From contig JAJXYH010000013.1 in assembly GCA_021780675.1 (NCBI GenBank), forward strand, positions 593-64,592: a stretch of 64,000 nucleotides of DNA. Direction: 5' to 3'. Below are positions 9,860 through 20,866 of the stretch, piece after piece. Each line of letters begins with the position of its first letter. Positions within the stretch are counted from its first letter, which is position 1. Origin of the DNA: a bacterium (GTDB lineage Bacteria; Patescibacteriota; Microgenomatia; Levybacterales; UBA12049). Both the position numbers and the translations under genes were made by a program. Under the pieces are notes generated by a model. That model was not told where the DNA came from and searched no databases. It saw only the letters and a list, made by a program, of their open reading frames with translations.

Positions 9860-10938
9860 TGGAAAATTTAATCCAAATTATTTTTTTTCCGTTTTTAACA
9901 TCTCTTATAGTTACTGCAGTTACAACGCCTTTTATATTACGAATTCTCAAAAAGTTTAACATTGTGGATGATCCAAATAAACATAAACATCCTGCAATAA
10001 TTCACAAAATACCGGTGCCAAGAGGCGGTGGTATACCTCTTTTTATCGGTGCATTTGTGGCAAGCATATTCTTTCTTCCATTTGATAAAGTTTTAATTGC
10101 TACATTTATAGCGAGTTTTATTTCGCTTACGGTTGGAGTATTAGATGATAAATTCGATATCTCCCCTTATTTAAGATTTTTTGTAAATATATTTTGCGCA
10201 ATATTTGTTGTAGCTATGGGAGTAAGCATTCCTTTTATAACCAATCCTTTCGGGGGAATATTATTTTTAAATAATTTTCATCTACCATTTCTTAATAATA
10301 TTTCCATGCCGTTTTTCTCGGAGCTAATTGCAATTGTCTGGATTGTTTGGGTTATGAACATGTTAAATTGGAGTAAGGGAGTTGATGGTCAAATGCCGGG
10401 AATTGTAGCCATTTCCGCAATAACCATTGGCATTCTTAGCCTAAGGTTTTCCCATTTAGACGTTTCAAGTCAAACTGCAGCAACTCTTTCTTTTATAATT
10501 GCCGGTGCTTCGTTGGGTTTTTTAATATTTAATTTTTCTCCGGCTAAAATATTCCCGGGATACGGTGCAACTAGTATATATTTGCTTTTAGCAATTGCGT
10601 CAATTTTATCAGGAGCAAAACTTGCAACTGCAATACTTGTTATGGGAGTTCCTATGACCGACGGATTATTTACAATACTTAGAAGGATTTTGTCGGGAAA
10701 ATCACCCTTTTGGCATGATAAAAAACATCTTCACCATTTGTTATTGGGTTTAGGATTAAGCCAAAGGCGCGTTGCATTGTTTTATTGGATTATTTCTGCT
10801 ATATTAGGCACAATATCATTAGTTCTTTCCAGTAAGGGTAAGCTTTTTGCGATAATAATGTTAGTAATTTTAGTAGGTGGATCATTATTATTTTTACATT
10901 ACTTAATTAATAAAACCAATAATGAAACTAATTTATAA
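9859..10938 (+). CDS. Polyprenyl-phosphate N-acetylhexosamine-1-phosphate transferase (GT4, MraY/WecA family).
   Basis: VLDDKFDISP (DDxxD Mg-binding) and the NxxNxxDGIDGL-like motif NWSKGVDGQ. 10 to 11 TM helices. 359 aa. Confidence 0.8.
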   Translation: MENLIQIIFFPFLTSLIVTAVTTPFILRILKKFNIVDDPNKHKHPAIIHKIPVPRGGGIPLFIGAFVASIFFLPFDKVLIATFIASFISLTVGVLDDKFDISPYLRFFVNIFCAIFVVAMGVSIPFITNPFGGILFLNNFHLPFLNNISMPFFSELIAIVWIVWVMNMLNWSKGVDGQMPGIVAISAITIGILSLRFSHLDVSSQTAATLSFIIAGASLGFLIFNFSPAKIFPGYGATSIYLLLAIASILSGAKLATAILVMGVPMTDGLFTILRRILSGKSPFWHDKKHLHHLLLGLGLSQRRVALFYWIISAILGTISLVLSSKGKLFAIIMLVILVGGSLLFLHYLINKTNNETNL

Positions 10939-11860
10939 CATATTAAGACTTTTAAGACCCAGGCAATGGGTAAAAAACTTCGCTCTCTTTGCGGCAATTA
11001 CATTTGCCGGACAACTCTTTAATCCACCCGTATTTGAAAAAGTGGTATTTAGCTTTTTTGTTTTCTGCGGAATTGCAAGCTCTACATATATTATGAATGA
11101 TATCTTTGATGCTAAAAAAGATAGGCTACACCCGTTTAAAAAATTTAGGCCTATTGCTCATGGTGATGTGCCAATACCCTTTGCAACCGGTCTTGCATTA
11201 TTTTTAATTTTCATATCATTAATAGTAGCCAGAGCTATTACTCCCGGATTTTTTGCTTTATCCATACTTTATTTGCTAATACAGTTTATGTATTCAGGTT
11301 TTTTAAAAACAATTGCTGTAATCGACATACTTTTAATTGCAACCGGATATATTTTAAGAGTTTATGCGGGAGAGTTTGCAAGTGGATTTCATATTTCGGT
11401 TTGGCTATTATTAACAACTATCTCTATCTCGCTTTTTTTGGCAATCGGAAAAAGAAGGTCGGAATTAACGCTTTTATCTCACGAAAAGAATTTGAGTCTA
11501 TCCGAAACACGGGCATCATTAACCCATTATTCGGAAAAATTACTTGATGTATATGCATCAATCTTTGCAACTTCAACTTTTATTTCTTACTCTCTTTTTA
11601 CCTTTTTGGAAAATCCCGGCGGATTTAAATTATCTTTCGGAGTTTTGCTCCCCGATTTTCTGCCCACGTTTTTACAACGCAAGTGGTTAATGATTACTAT
11701 TATTCCTGTTGTTTACGGACTAATGAGATATATTCAGGATATTTATGAAAAGGATGAAGGCGAAAGCCCTGAAAAAGTTCTTTTTTCAGACAAACCATTG
11801 TTAGTAACTGTAGCTATTTGGACAGTCTTAGTAGTTTTTCTTGTATATTTTGTCTCCTAA
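10922..11860 (+). CDS. UbiA-family prenyltransferase of the decaprenyl-phosphate 5-phosphoribosyltransferase (DPPR synthase) subfamily.
   Basis: N-terminal LRPRQWVKN hallmark of the DPPR-synthase subfamily. NDxxDxxxD motif (NDIFDAKKD). 8 to 9 TM helices. Confidence 0.65.
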   Translation: MKLIYNILRLLRPRQWVKNFALFAAITFAGQLFNPPVFEKVVFSFFVFCGIASSTYIMNDIFDAKKDRLHPFKKFRPIAHGDVPIPFATGLALFLIFISLIVARAITPGFFALSILYLLIQFMYSGFLKTIAVIDILLIATGYILRVYAGEFASGFHISVWLLLTTISISLFLAIGKRRSELTLLSHEKNLSLSETRASLTHYSEKLLDVYASIFATSTFISYSLFTFLENPGGFKLSFGVLLPDFLPTFLQRKWLMITIIPVVYGLMRYIQDIYEKDEGESPEKVLFSDKPLLVTVAIWTVLVVFLVYFVS

Positions 11861-12708
11861 GGATGTTTTTGCGCGTATTGTGAGCTTATCCACCCGTTGC
11901 TACCATCAGATAATTTTATTTCATACCATCCTGTTTTTTCATCTAAAAGTTCGTATGTTTCACCCGGTTTTACCTGAGATATTTCTGCAGCGGAAAGACT
12001 TGCATCTTGTCTAACCCTTAAAAACCCGGTTGGCGTTTGTAATATTAACACTGCTTGTGTATTTGATTTTACTCCGGACTGAAGTTCTGACGGCATCGTA
12101 AGCGCCGAACTTGAGGCGTTAAAATCGGGATCTATCCCTAAATAAATCAAGGCTTCCAGTTTATATCCCAAAACACTTCTAACTCTTATAATTTTATCTT
12201 TGTATCCTTTATAAGAAACTTCTAATTCATGATCACTTTCTTTAACATTTTTAATAATTTGGGGACTTACTCCTTGTAACTTACTGTCTAAAAAAACTTG
12301 TGCGCCGGATGGAGAGGTCACAACGGCAATTTGAGCATCATTTTTATTGTCTATCGAAGATAAACTAATAATACTTGCATTACCCAAACCTTTTTCTGCA
12401 AAATTTTTATCAACTACGGTTAATGTTTTAGGGGAAATGGTAACTGTCTGTTCAAAAGGATTAGCACTGCCAGACTGTGGCACTAACTTAAGAGTATAAC
12501 TTCCTTGATAAAGCATGTCTTTTAAATCACATTTACAAAGTGGTGTTACTCCAACTAACTTATCGTTTAAATAAACTTTTGAGTTGGGATTTGAAGTAAT
12601 CTGCAAAGCACCTTTGCCTTTATTTAATATAAATAAATATGAAATTACTATGAATACTAAAACTGCTGCCAGAATTGTAAGAAAAACATATAAAAATTTC
12701 TTCATCAA
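11857..12708 (-). CDS. Membrane-anchored extracytoplasmic protein with a PEGA domain and a C-terminal bacterial SH3 domain.
   Basis: N-terminal signal anchor. PEGA-like NSKVYLNDKLVGVTPL. C-terminal GWYEIKLSDGSNGWISSQY, typical of SH3b. Confidence 0.5.
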   Translation of the reverse strand: MMKKFLYVFLTILAAVLVFIVISYLFILNKGKGALQITSNPNSKVYLNDKLVGVTPLCKCDLKDMLYQGSYTLKLVPQSGSANPFEQTVTISPKTLTVVDKNFAEKGLGNASIISLSSIDNKNDAQIAVVTSPSGAQVFLDSKLQGVSPQIIKNVKESDHELEVSYKGYKDKIIRVRSVLGYKLEALIYLGIDPDFNASSSALTMPSELQSGVKSNTQAVLILQTPTGFLRVRQDASLSAAEISQVKPGETYELLDEKTGWYEIKLSDGSNGWISSQYAQKHP

Positions 12709-12773
12709 AGTATTTTAACATTATAACTTAAAAGGGGGTATAAAAAAACTGTTTACTCCGAATATTTATTGTA

Positions 12774-14411
<1,638 letters not shown>

Positions 14412-14708
14412 TTATTCTACAATTGCCAAAATATCTTTTTGTTCAACTAAGATTAATTCCTCGCCATTGACTTTAATTTCATTTCCTCCCCATTTTTTAT
14501 ACATAACTTTTTGACCAACTTTAACAACTATTTTTTCAACTTCTCCTTTTGGCATTACTTTACCCGGCCCAACTGCAACAATTTCTCCCATTTGCGGTTT
14601 TTCTTTAGCAGAATCGGGAAGTAAAATCCCGGATGCGGTTTTCTCTTCGGCCTCTAAAGGCCTTACTAAAATATTGTCAAAAAGCGGTTGAATTTTTGTT
14701 TTTGCCAT
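14412..14708 (-). CDS. groS: Co-chaperonin GroES (Cpn10).
   Basis: 98 aa. Mobile-loop sequence and the ILLPDSAKEKPQ.GEIVAVG pattern. Confidence 0.95.
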   Translation of the reverse strand: MAKTKIQPLFDNILVRPLEAEEKTASGILLPDSAKEKPQMGEIVAVGPGKVMPKGEVEKIVVKVGQKVMYKKWGGNEIKVNGEELILVEQKDILAIVE

Positions 14709-14742
14709 AAAATTAAAATATCAGTTGATTGTCTAGAGTGCT

Positions 14743-14772
14743 AGTTTAGCAGATACCCATTTTTTTTGTCAA
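14743..14772 (-). promoter_or_regulatory. Sigma-70-like promoter for groES-groEL (TTGACA, 18-nt spacer, TAAACT), followed by a degenerate CIRCE-like element (CTAGCACTC).
   Basis: Minus-strand reading gives TTGACAAAAAAAATGGGTATCTGCTAAACTAGCACTCTAGA. TAGCACTC matches a CIRCE half-site, but no properly spaced partner half-site is present. Confidence 0.35.
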
Positions 14773-14827
14773 GGGTTTAAATTAACCCAGTTGACAAATA
14801 AACAAAACATTGTGAATAATATTATTG

Positions 14828-15565
14828 ATGGCAAAATCAATAAAGTTTAGGGAAAGGTTTCCGCATTTTGGAATTTTCTTAGTTATTGCAATTGCACTCG
14901 CAATCCCATTCACCGTTTGGTCTTTAAATAATATACAAACACAAACTCAGCAATATGCCGCAATGCCATCTTATTACTATTCTCAGTATAGTTCTTCTTG
15001 GCAAACATCAACCTGTCATCTGGCTACATATGGCTGTTTTGAAACCTCTCTAGCAATGACTTTAAAGAAATATATCAGTGATACATACAATCCACTGAGC
15101 GTCGCTAAGTCTGTTAGCCAAGGGTGTACAAGTGGTACCAACTTAAGTGAACAAGATTCCATTATGACCGGCTATGCAAGAAATAAAGGCTTGACAACCG
15201 TTATATTAAGAGGAAGCGATAAATCTACAAAAATACTTAATTATGGGAGTAAATACTTTAATTATTCATTAGCAAAAAATTATATCGATAAGGGATATAC
15301 ATTAATACTTAGCGGATGTATGAAATTTTACAATACTAATGGTACTTTATCGTCTTATCCACTTTCACATGCGATTGTCGTAATTGATGTAAACACATCA
15401 ACTCATGTACTTACTGTACTTGACCCAACAAAAGAAAATGGTATTAGATATTTTAATGGTAACTCTGAAATCCTAAGTTGTCCAAACGTAGTAAATGGAT
15501 GGGTTTCTGCATATGCCATAAAAAACCAAAGTAGTGGATGTATAACGAAGTATTGTCCGCTTTAA
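14828..15565 (+). CDS. Secreted papain-like (C39-like) cysteine-peptidase-domain protein.
   Basis: Signal anchor. Q....C..A..AMTL block (WQTSTCHLATYGCFETSLAMTL) and a downstream His (SHAIVVID), arranged as in Peptidase_C39-like domains. ATG at 14828; the ORF track starts at a TTG at 14825. Confidence 0.35.
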   Translation: MAKSIKFRERFPHFGIFLVIAIALAIPFTVWSLNNIQTQTQQYAAMPSYYYSQYSSSWQTSTCHLATYGCFETSLAMTLKKYISDTYNPLSVAKSVSQGCTSGTNLSEQDSIMTGYARNKGLTTVILRGSDKSTKILNYGSKYFNYSLAKNYIDKGYTLILSGCMKFYNTNGTLSSYPLSHAIVVIDVNTSTHVLTVLDPTKENGIRYFNGNSEILSCPNVVNGWVSAYAIKNQSSGCITKYCPL

Positions 15566-17301
15566 CTCTGAAGCATCGACAATAGTGCTTTTTGGGGAAT
15601 TTCAACTTTGGATACATTAATCATACGCACCTTACCTTTTTTCTGAGCTTCTAATAATTTATCTTTTCTTGTTCTATCTCCACCCGACATTTTTGCTAAA
15701 ACGTCTTTTCTGTAAGGAGGAATTTCAGTTCTTGCGACTATTTTTGTACCAACTGCCGATTGTATGATTTGTCTAAATTGTTGTCGTGGTAAAAATTCCT
15801 TAAGCTTCTCTGTCTTTTCTCTTCCCACATGATCAATTTCATCTTTATAAACAAGCTCCGACAGGACATCAATCACGTTTTCATTTATCAAAATATCCAT
15901 TTTAACTAAATTTGCTTCTTTAAAACCGGTAATTTCATAATCAAGACTTGCAAAACCCTGAGAGACACTTTTAAGCTCCGACGACAAACCCCTGATAAAC
16001 ATCGAGTAAGGCATTTCGTATTCTAGTATTGCGTTATCTTTATGGTAAGTAATATTTAAAAGAATTCCTTTTTTGTTTTGAGCAACTGTCATCACACCTC
16101 CAACGTAAGATGAGGGAACAAAGATAGTTAAATTCATAACCGGTTCGTAGATTTTTTCTCCCTCTTCTTTATATAAAACCCGTGGCATCGTTAATAATGG
16201 GTCTACAGCACCTTCCTGCGTAAGTCTTTCTTTAACAATTTCCGCGTGTAGTAACCCCAAAAAACCAACTCGAAAACCACTTCCTAAAAAAGCCGAATGT
16301 TCATTTGCAACAGTTAATGATCCATCATTTAAAGAAAGCTTGTTTAACGCCTCCCTAAGATGAATATAATCATTTGTACTTTTAGGATAAATTCCAAAAA
16401 ATACCATCGGCTTAGGTAAAGAATATCCGGGAAGCGGCATAACCAATTCTTTGGTGTTTTGAAAGGTAATAGTATCCCCAACTCTTGTTTGCCTGATATC
16501 CTTGATTCCTGTCACAACATATCCTATTTGTCCCGCTACTATTTCTTTCTGAGAAATAAGGAAGGGAGAAAAAAATCCAACCTCAGAAACATCAATCTTT
16601 GTCCCGGTTTGAATAAATTCCAATTTATCCTGTTTTTTTATTAGGCCATCAAATAACTTTATAAAAATAATGACTCCTCTATGCTCATCAAATGCGGCAT
16701 CAAAAACCAATCCTCTAAGAGGTTTGTTTAAATCTGCGCTGGGCGGGGGTACTTTTTTAATAACTTCTTCCAAAAGCTCTCTGGTACCTTCGCCTGTTTT
16801 TGCAGATATATATAATATCTCTTCCTCCCTAAAACCGAATATCTCTATCATACTTTTAGCAACAATTTCTTTATTTGAAGAGGGAAGATCGATTTTATTT
16901 ATTACAGGAATTACCTTAAGACTCTCTTTTTTAGCAGTGTTGTAATGAGCGACTGTCTGCGCTTGGATCCCTTTTGTTGCGTCAACTAAAAGTATTGCCC
17001 CTTCACAAGCAGCTAAAGTCCTTGAAACTTCGTAAGAAAAATCCATATGCCCGGGGGTATCAATTAGATTAAGACTATATTCTTCTTCGTTAAATTTATA
17101 TTGCATTCTTACCGGAGCAAGTTTAATAGTAATACCCCTTTCTCTTGAAATAGGATTTTGATCTAAAAATTGTTCTTTTAATTTATCTTTAGATATCGTA
17201 CTTGTTATTTCTAAAAATCTATCGGCAAGCGTGGACTTTCCGTGATCAATATGTGCAATAATGGCAAAATTTCTAATATTTTTGGGTTTCATACGAAGCA
17301 A
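15562..17301 (-). CDS. lepA: Translation elongation factor 4 (LepA GTPase).
   Basis: G1 motif AHIDHGKST, DTPGH, and the LepA-specific C-terminal domain. Confidence 0.9.
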   Translation of the reverse strand: MLRMKPKNIRNFAIIAHIDHGKSTLADRFLEITSTISKDKLKEQFLDQNPISRERGITIKLAPVRMQYKFNEEEYSLNLIDTPGHMDFSYEVSRTLAACEGAILLVDATKGIQAQTVAHYNTAKKESLKVIPVINKIDLPSSNKEIVAKSMIEIFGFREEEILYISAKTGEGTRELLEEVIKKVPPPSADLNKPLRGLVFDAAFDEHRGVIIFIKLFDGLIKKQDKLEFIQTGTKIDVSEVGFFSPFLISQKEIVAGQIGYVVTGIKDIRQTRVGDTITFQNTKELVMPLPGYSLPKPMVFFGIYPKSTNDYIHLREALNKLSLNDGSLTVANEHSAFLGSGFRVGFLGLLHAEIVKERLTQEGAVDPLLTMPRVLYKEEGEKIYEPVMNLTIFVPSSYVGGVMTVAQNKKGILLNITYHKDNAILEYEMPYSMFIRGLSSELKSVSQGFASLDYEITGFKEANLVKMDILINENVIDVLSELVYKDEIDHVGREKTEKLKEFLPRQQFRQIIQSAVGTKIVARTEIPPYRKDVLAKMSGGDRTRKDKLLEAQKKGKVRMINVSKVEIPQKALLSMLQS

Positions 17302-17303
17302 TT

Positions 17304-18971
17304 CTAAGGGTTAAACTTGTTTCCGTCAATTGTTTCTTCCGATTTTTTAAGAATCTGTCTCCAATCACCGAACTTTTTGAAAAGCATAATAAACATTGTT
17401 GCCTCTTTAACGTCAAATAGCCAGGTTAAGAAAAGGTACAGACAAAGTCCGACAAAACTTGAAATTCCGGTTAGAAGCAAAAGGTTAATCGTTTTTGTGG
17501 TATCAAAAACCAACTGATCTAAAAGTTTTATGGGAATATAAAGTGCAAAAGCCGTAAAAGCTGTAGAAATAAATATTTGGGAAGTTGTAATAATTAAATG
17601 TCTTTTTTCAAATCCTTTTACTTTAATATCCAATAAGATAAACATAATAATTAAATTGATAACCGATGCAATCGAAAAAGCCAAAGCTATTGCTTGTATT
17701 CCAAAATGGTAATAGAAAACAAAAATACTTCCTAAAATAATCATAATGGCGGTTGAAAATACCCCAACCGAAAGAGGAGTTTTTGTATCATGTAATGCAT
17801 AAAACCCTCTTGAAACCAAATATATTAAGGCTTGCGAAAAAATTGAAATACTAAAAAAAGCTAAAGTTCTTCCCGTAGCAACAGTTGCATCCCAATCAAA
17901 TTGAGCGGCTCCAAAGACAAGTCTTACAATCGGAATCCTTAATACCAGAAAAAGTACGGAAAACGGCAGGATTAAATATAAAAGCTGATTAAAACTGGTA
18001 ATAAAAGTTGTTTTAAATGCCTCAAGATTATCCTTTTCTTTGGAAAGAACCGGGAATGCAGCCTGTGCAATAGCTTGTCCAAATAAAACTACGGGGGCAA
18101 AAGCAAGTGTTTGTGCATAATCAAAGATTACATAATTCCTACCCGGGTTTTGTAAAAATGACACCATGGTAACGGTAATAACCGTTCCCAACTGAAAAAC
18201 AGCAATTGAAAGCGTCCTTGGCCAAATTAATTTAAACACATCTATAACACCGGACGTTCTTATAAATTCCGGCGAAAGATTTGGGATAAAGGAAAATCCC
18301 ATTTTTTTAACAAAAGGTATTTGAATTAAAACGAAAATTAATGCTCCTAAGATTACCCCAAGCGCAGCTGAATAAATTCCTACAAATGGTGAAAATATAA
18401 TAATTCCAATGATGATTCCCAAGTTATATAAGGCAGAGGCTATACCCGGGATAAAAAAATGATTATAAGATTGTAAAACCGCCGAAAAAAAGCTTCCAAC
18501 TATAAAAAGCATTTCCCCAAAAATTATTATTCTTGTTAGAGATGCCATTAGAGCCAGCTGGTCAGGAGGAAAACCCGGGGCCATAAGAGATGAAAACTGT
18601 TTTGCAAAAATAAATAATACTATCGATAAAGCGGCGAATACTAAAAGACTAATCGCTAAAAGCGTAGAAGCTACTTTATGTGCCTCATGCTCCTTGTTCT
18701 TTGCCAGGTAATCTGAAAAAACAGGTATAAAAGCGGATGATAAAGCTCCGGCAATAATTAGTTGAAACAAAAAGTCTGGAAGTCTTGTTGAGGCAAGATA
18801 AACACCAAGTGTGTTTGATGCACCAAAAATAGAAACTAGAAGTCTTTGTCTAAAAAGTCCTAGAATTTGCGAAAAAACAATTGTTCCCATGATTACAACA
18901 GCTGCAGTAATAATGTTATTTTGCTGTTTGAGAAGAAAATTTAAGCTTTTTTTAATAAAATCACCCGGCAT
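17304..18971 (-). CDS. murJ: Lipid II flippase MurJ/MviN.
   Basis: 14 TM helices. N-terminal pattern ILGLFRQRLLVSIFGAS...LPDFLFQLIIAGALSSAFIPVFS matches MurJ. Confidence 0.85.
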   Translation of the reverse strand: MPGDFIKKSLNFLLKQQNNIITAAVVIMGTIVFSQILGLFRQRLLVSIFGASNTLGVYLASTRLPDFLFQLIIAGALSSAFIPVFSDYLAKNKEHEAHKVASTLLAISLLVFAALSIVLFIFAKQFSSLMAPGFPPDQLALMASLTRIIIFGEMLFIVGSFFSAVLQSYNHFFIPGIASALYNLGIIIGIIIFSPFVGIYSAALGVILGALIFVLIQIPFVKKMGFSFIPNLSPEFIRTSGVIDVFKLIWPRTLSIAVFQLGTVITVTMVSFLQNPGRNYVIFDYAQTLAFAPVVLFGQAIAQAAFPVLSKEKDNLEAFKTTFITSFNQLLYLILPFSVLFLVLRIPIVRLVFGAAQFDWDATVATGRTLAFFSISIFSQALIYLVSRGFYALHDTKTPLSVGVFSTAIMIILGSIFVFYYHFGIQAIALAFSIASVINLIIMFILLDIKVKGFEKRHLIITTSQIFISTAFTAFALYIPIKLLDQLVFDTTKTINLLLLTGISSFVGLCLYLFLTWLFDVKEATMFIMLFKKFGDWRQILKKSEETIDGNKFNP

Positions 18972-19011
18972 ATGTATTGTTTTTTACAGTATAGCATGCT
19001 AAAATACCCGC

Positions 19012-19329
19012 ATGCCAGTAATAAAGTCTGCCAGAAAAAAGTTAAGAAAAGACAGAAAAAGGGAAAAACTAAATAGCGTCGTCAAAGAAGGTTATAGGAG
19101 TGCTGTTAAGAAAGCTCAAAAAAGCAAAACTCCGGAAAATGTTAAACTTGCTGTAAAGCTTATTGACAAAGCTACTAAAAAAAGACTCCTTCATAAGAAT
19201 AAAGCTGCAAGATTAAAATCCAAATTAAGCAAGTTGGCAAAACCCGCATCAAAATCAAATACATTAGCTAATTCTGCTGCTAAAAAGATCTCAAAACCAG
19301 CTTCAAAAAAACTCCCCAAAAAGAAATAA
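19012..19329 (+). CDS. rpsT: 30S ribosomal protein S20 with a Lys-rich C-terminal extension.
   Basis: LLHKNKAARLKSKL corresponds to the S20 core LIHKNKAARHKANL. Basic composition. Confidence 0.8.
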   Translation: MPVIKSARKKLRKDRKREKLNSVVKEGYRSAVKKAQKSKTPENVKLAVKLIDKATKKRLLHKNKAARLKSKLSKLAKPASKSNTLANSAAKKISKPASKKLPKKK

Positions 19330-19344
19330 TTTTAACCTTAATTC

Positions 19345-19373
19345 AGCTTTGACAAACAGACAAAAAAACCGTA
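19345..19373 (+). promoter_or_regulatory. Sigma-70-like promoter (TTGACA, 17 nt, TAGACT) upstream of the pilN-like operon.
   Basis: tTTGACAaacagacaaaaaaaccgTAGACTaaaattagtATG. Confidence 0.4.
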
Positions 19374-19386
19374 GACTAAAATTAGT

Positions 19387-19950
19387 ATGTGGAAAAAATC
19401 TTCCTCTATAAATTTAGTAAAAAAGGACAATAATCAGCTTGCAAATCAGGTCATAAACTGGGCACTAACTATTGGAAGATTAATGGTAATAATTGTTGAA
19501 ATTATTGCTCTTTCGGCATTTATATATAGATTCTATTTAGATAATCAATTAAGAGACATTAATGCGAAAATTCAACAAGATCAGGCTGTTTTAAGTTCCC
19601 AGAGGCAAAAAGAGGTAGAGTATAGAAACCTACAAGATCGCCTAAATTTAGAATCTTTAATTGTTAACCAGGGAAAACAACAATTAAATACATTTAAAGA
19701 AGTAATTGGATTAACCCCTCAAGGAATAAGCTATACAAACTTTTCGTTAATAGGTAACCAATTAAATATTCAGTTAAACACTTCTTCCGTCTTTCCACTT
19801 AGTGCACTTGTTGATCAATTAAGAAAGTATCCCCAGACCGATTTTATCAGTATAAATACAATTGAAAATAGAGCTTCAACCACGGTAATAAGCGTTGGAC
19901 TAACTGTAAATCTTAAAACTAAAGGAGGGATTATAAATGGCGGGAATTAA
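19387..19950 (+). CDS. PilN-like type IV pilus/competence assembly protein (bitopic, coiled-coil).
   Basis: Short cytoplasmic N-terminus, one TM helix, a periplasmic coiled-coil, then a PilN-like C-terminal domain. About 190 aa. Confidence 0.4.
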   Translation: MWKKSSSINLVKKDNNQLANQVINWALTIGRLMVIIVEIIALSAFIYRFYLDNQLRDINAKIQQDQAVLSSQRQKEVEYRNLQDRLNLESLIVNQGKQQLNTFKEVIGLTPQGISYTNFSLIGNQLNIQLNTSSVFPLSALVDQLRKYPQTDFISINTIENRASTTVISVGLTVNLKTKGGIINGGN

Positions 19951-20569
19951 AGAATTAATCTTAAAAAGTGTTAAACAAGACAGATACCAAAAATATGTAG
20001 AGCTTATACCGGAATTAAAATCGGAAAAAAGTGAGAAAATGGTCATGGTAATTTTAACCATTGTAGCTTTTATAGTTTTAGGTCTATTTGCAATAAAACC
20101 AACTCTTTCAACAATTGCAAGTCTACAAAAACAAGTGAATGATAGTAAATACTTCGAGTTTAGATTGGAAGAAAAAATAAATAATCTTTCGCTTTTGGAT
20201 CAGAAATACCACAGCATTATACAAGATTTACCGTTAATTTATGACGCAGTACCAGCTACTCATCAAATAGCTACACTTGCGGCAACGATTCAAACTATTG
20301 CTACCCCTTCTGGTATAAATCTTGTAGACTTAGAGGTTCAAAATGCCGATATTTCAAAAAATGCTATTGCATCAAAAAAATATTCCAGTTTTGACTTTAC
20401 AGTTGGTGCTCAGGGAAATTACCAAGATCTTATTGACCTTACCGGTAATATTATAACTTTTCAAAGAATCTTAACACTTAAAAGCATATCTATTGTAAAA
20501 TCTACTACAGTTAAGCAAGAGGCAACTTTACAGTTGAATGTATCTGGAAATGCTTATTTCAAACCTTAA
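19937..20569 (+). CDS. PilO-like pilus assembly protein.
   Basis: Same bitopic plus coiled-coil architecture. Overlaps the pilN-like gene by 14 nt. Confidence 0.35.
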   Translation: MAGIKELILKSVKQDRYQKYVELIPELKSEKSEKMVMVILTIVAFIVLGLFAIKPTLSTIASLQKQVNDSKYFEFRLEEKINNLSLLDQKYHSIIQDLPLIYDAVPATHQIATLAATIQTIATPSGINLVDLEVQNADISKNAIASKKYSSFDFTVGAQGNYQDLIDLTGNIITFQRILTLKSISIVKSTTVKQEATLQLNVSGNAYFKP

Positions 20570-20572
20570 TTT

Positions 20573-20866
20573 ATGAAAAAAAAGGATTTACTAATTATTC
20601 TTATTCCGACACTTATATTTGTTATTGCCTGGATTGGCTTTAGCATCTATGACAGTGCAGTAACTTCCACAATTTCATCACAAGAAGTTTCACAAATTAC
20701 GCCTATTGATCCAACTTTTAATACAGCTGTAATTTCTGAACTTAAAAAACGTAACAGAATTGAACCTAAATATGTAACATCGGAGACTCCAAGTCCAACA
20801 CCATCACCAAAGCTTACGAATACAAAAAATGCCGAAGCAACTAGCGGAGGGGCATTAAAACCATGA
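20573..20866 (+). CDS. Small membrane-anchored Pro/Thr/Ser-rich protein (PilP-like position).
   Basis: Single TM helix plus a low-complexity extracytoplasmic tail. 4-nt overlap with the next gene. Confidence 0.3.
   Translation: MKKKDLLIILIPTLIFVIAWIGFSIYDSAVTSTISSQEVSQITPIDPTFNTAVISELKKRNRIEPKYVTSETPSPTPSPKLTNTKNAEATSGGALKP

Noticed and set aside
12709-12773. Expected intrinsic terminator downstream of groEL.
   Set aside because: No convincing GC-rich hairpin followed by a U-tract on the minus strand. Termination signal not identifiable by eye.
14731-14760. CIRCE (HrcA operator) upstream of groES.
   Set aside because: Only one good half-site (GAGTGCTAG / CTAGCACTC) is present. The partner half-site at the canonical 9-nt spacing is missing; an adjacent TTTAGCAGA is a poor, wrongly spaced match. 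Recorded as part of the promoter feature but not called a functional CIRCE.
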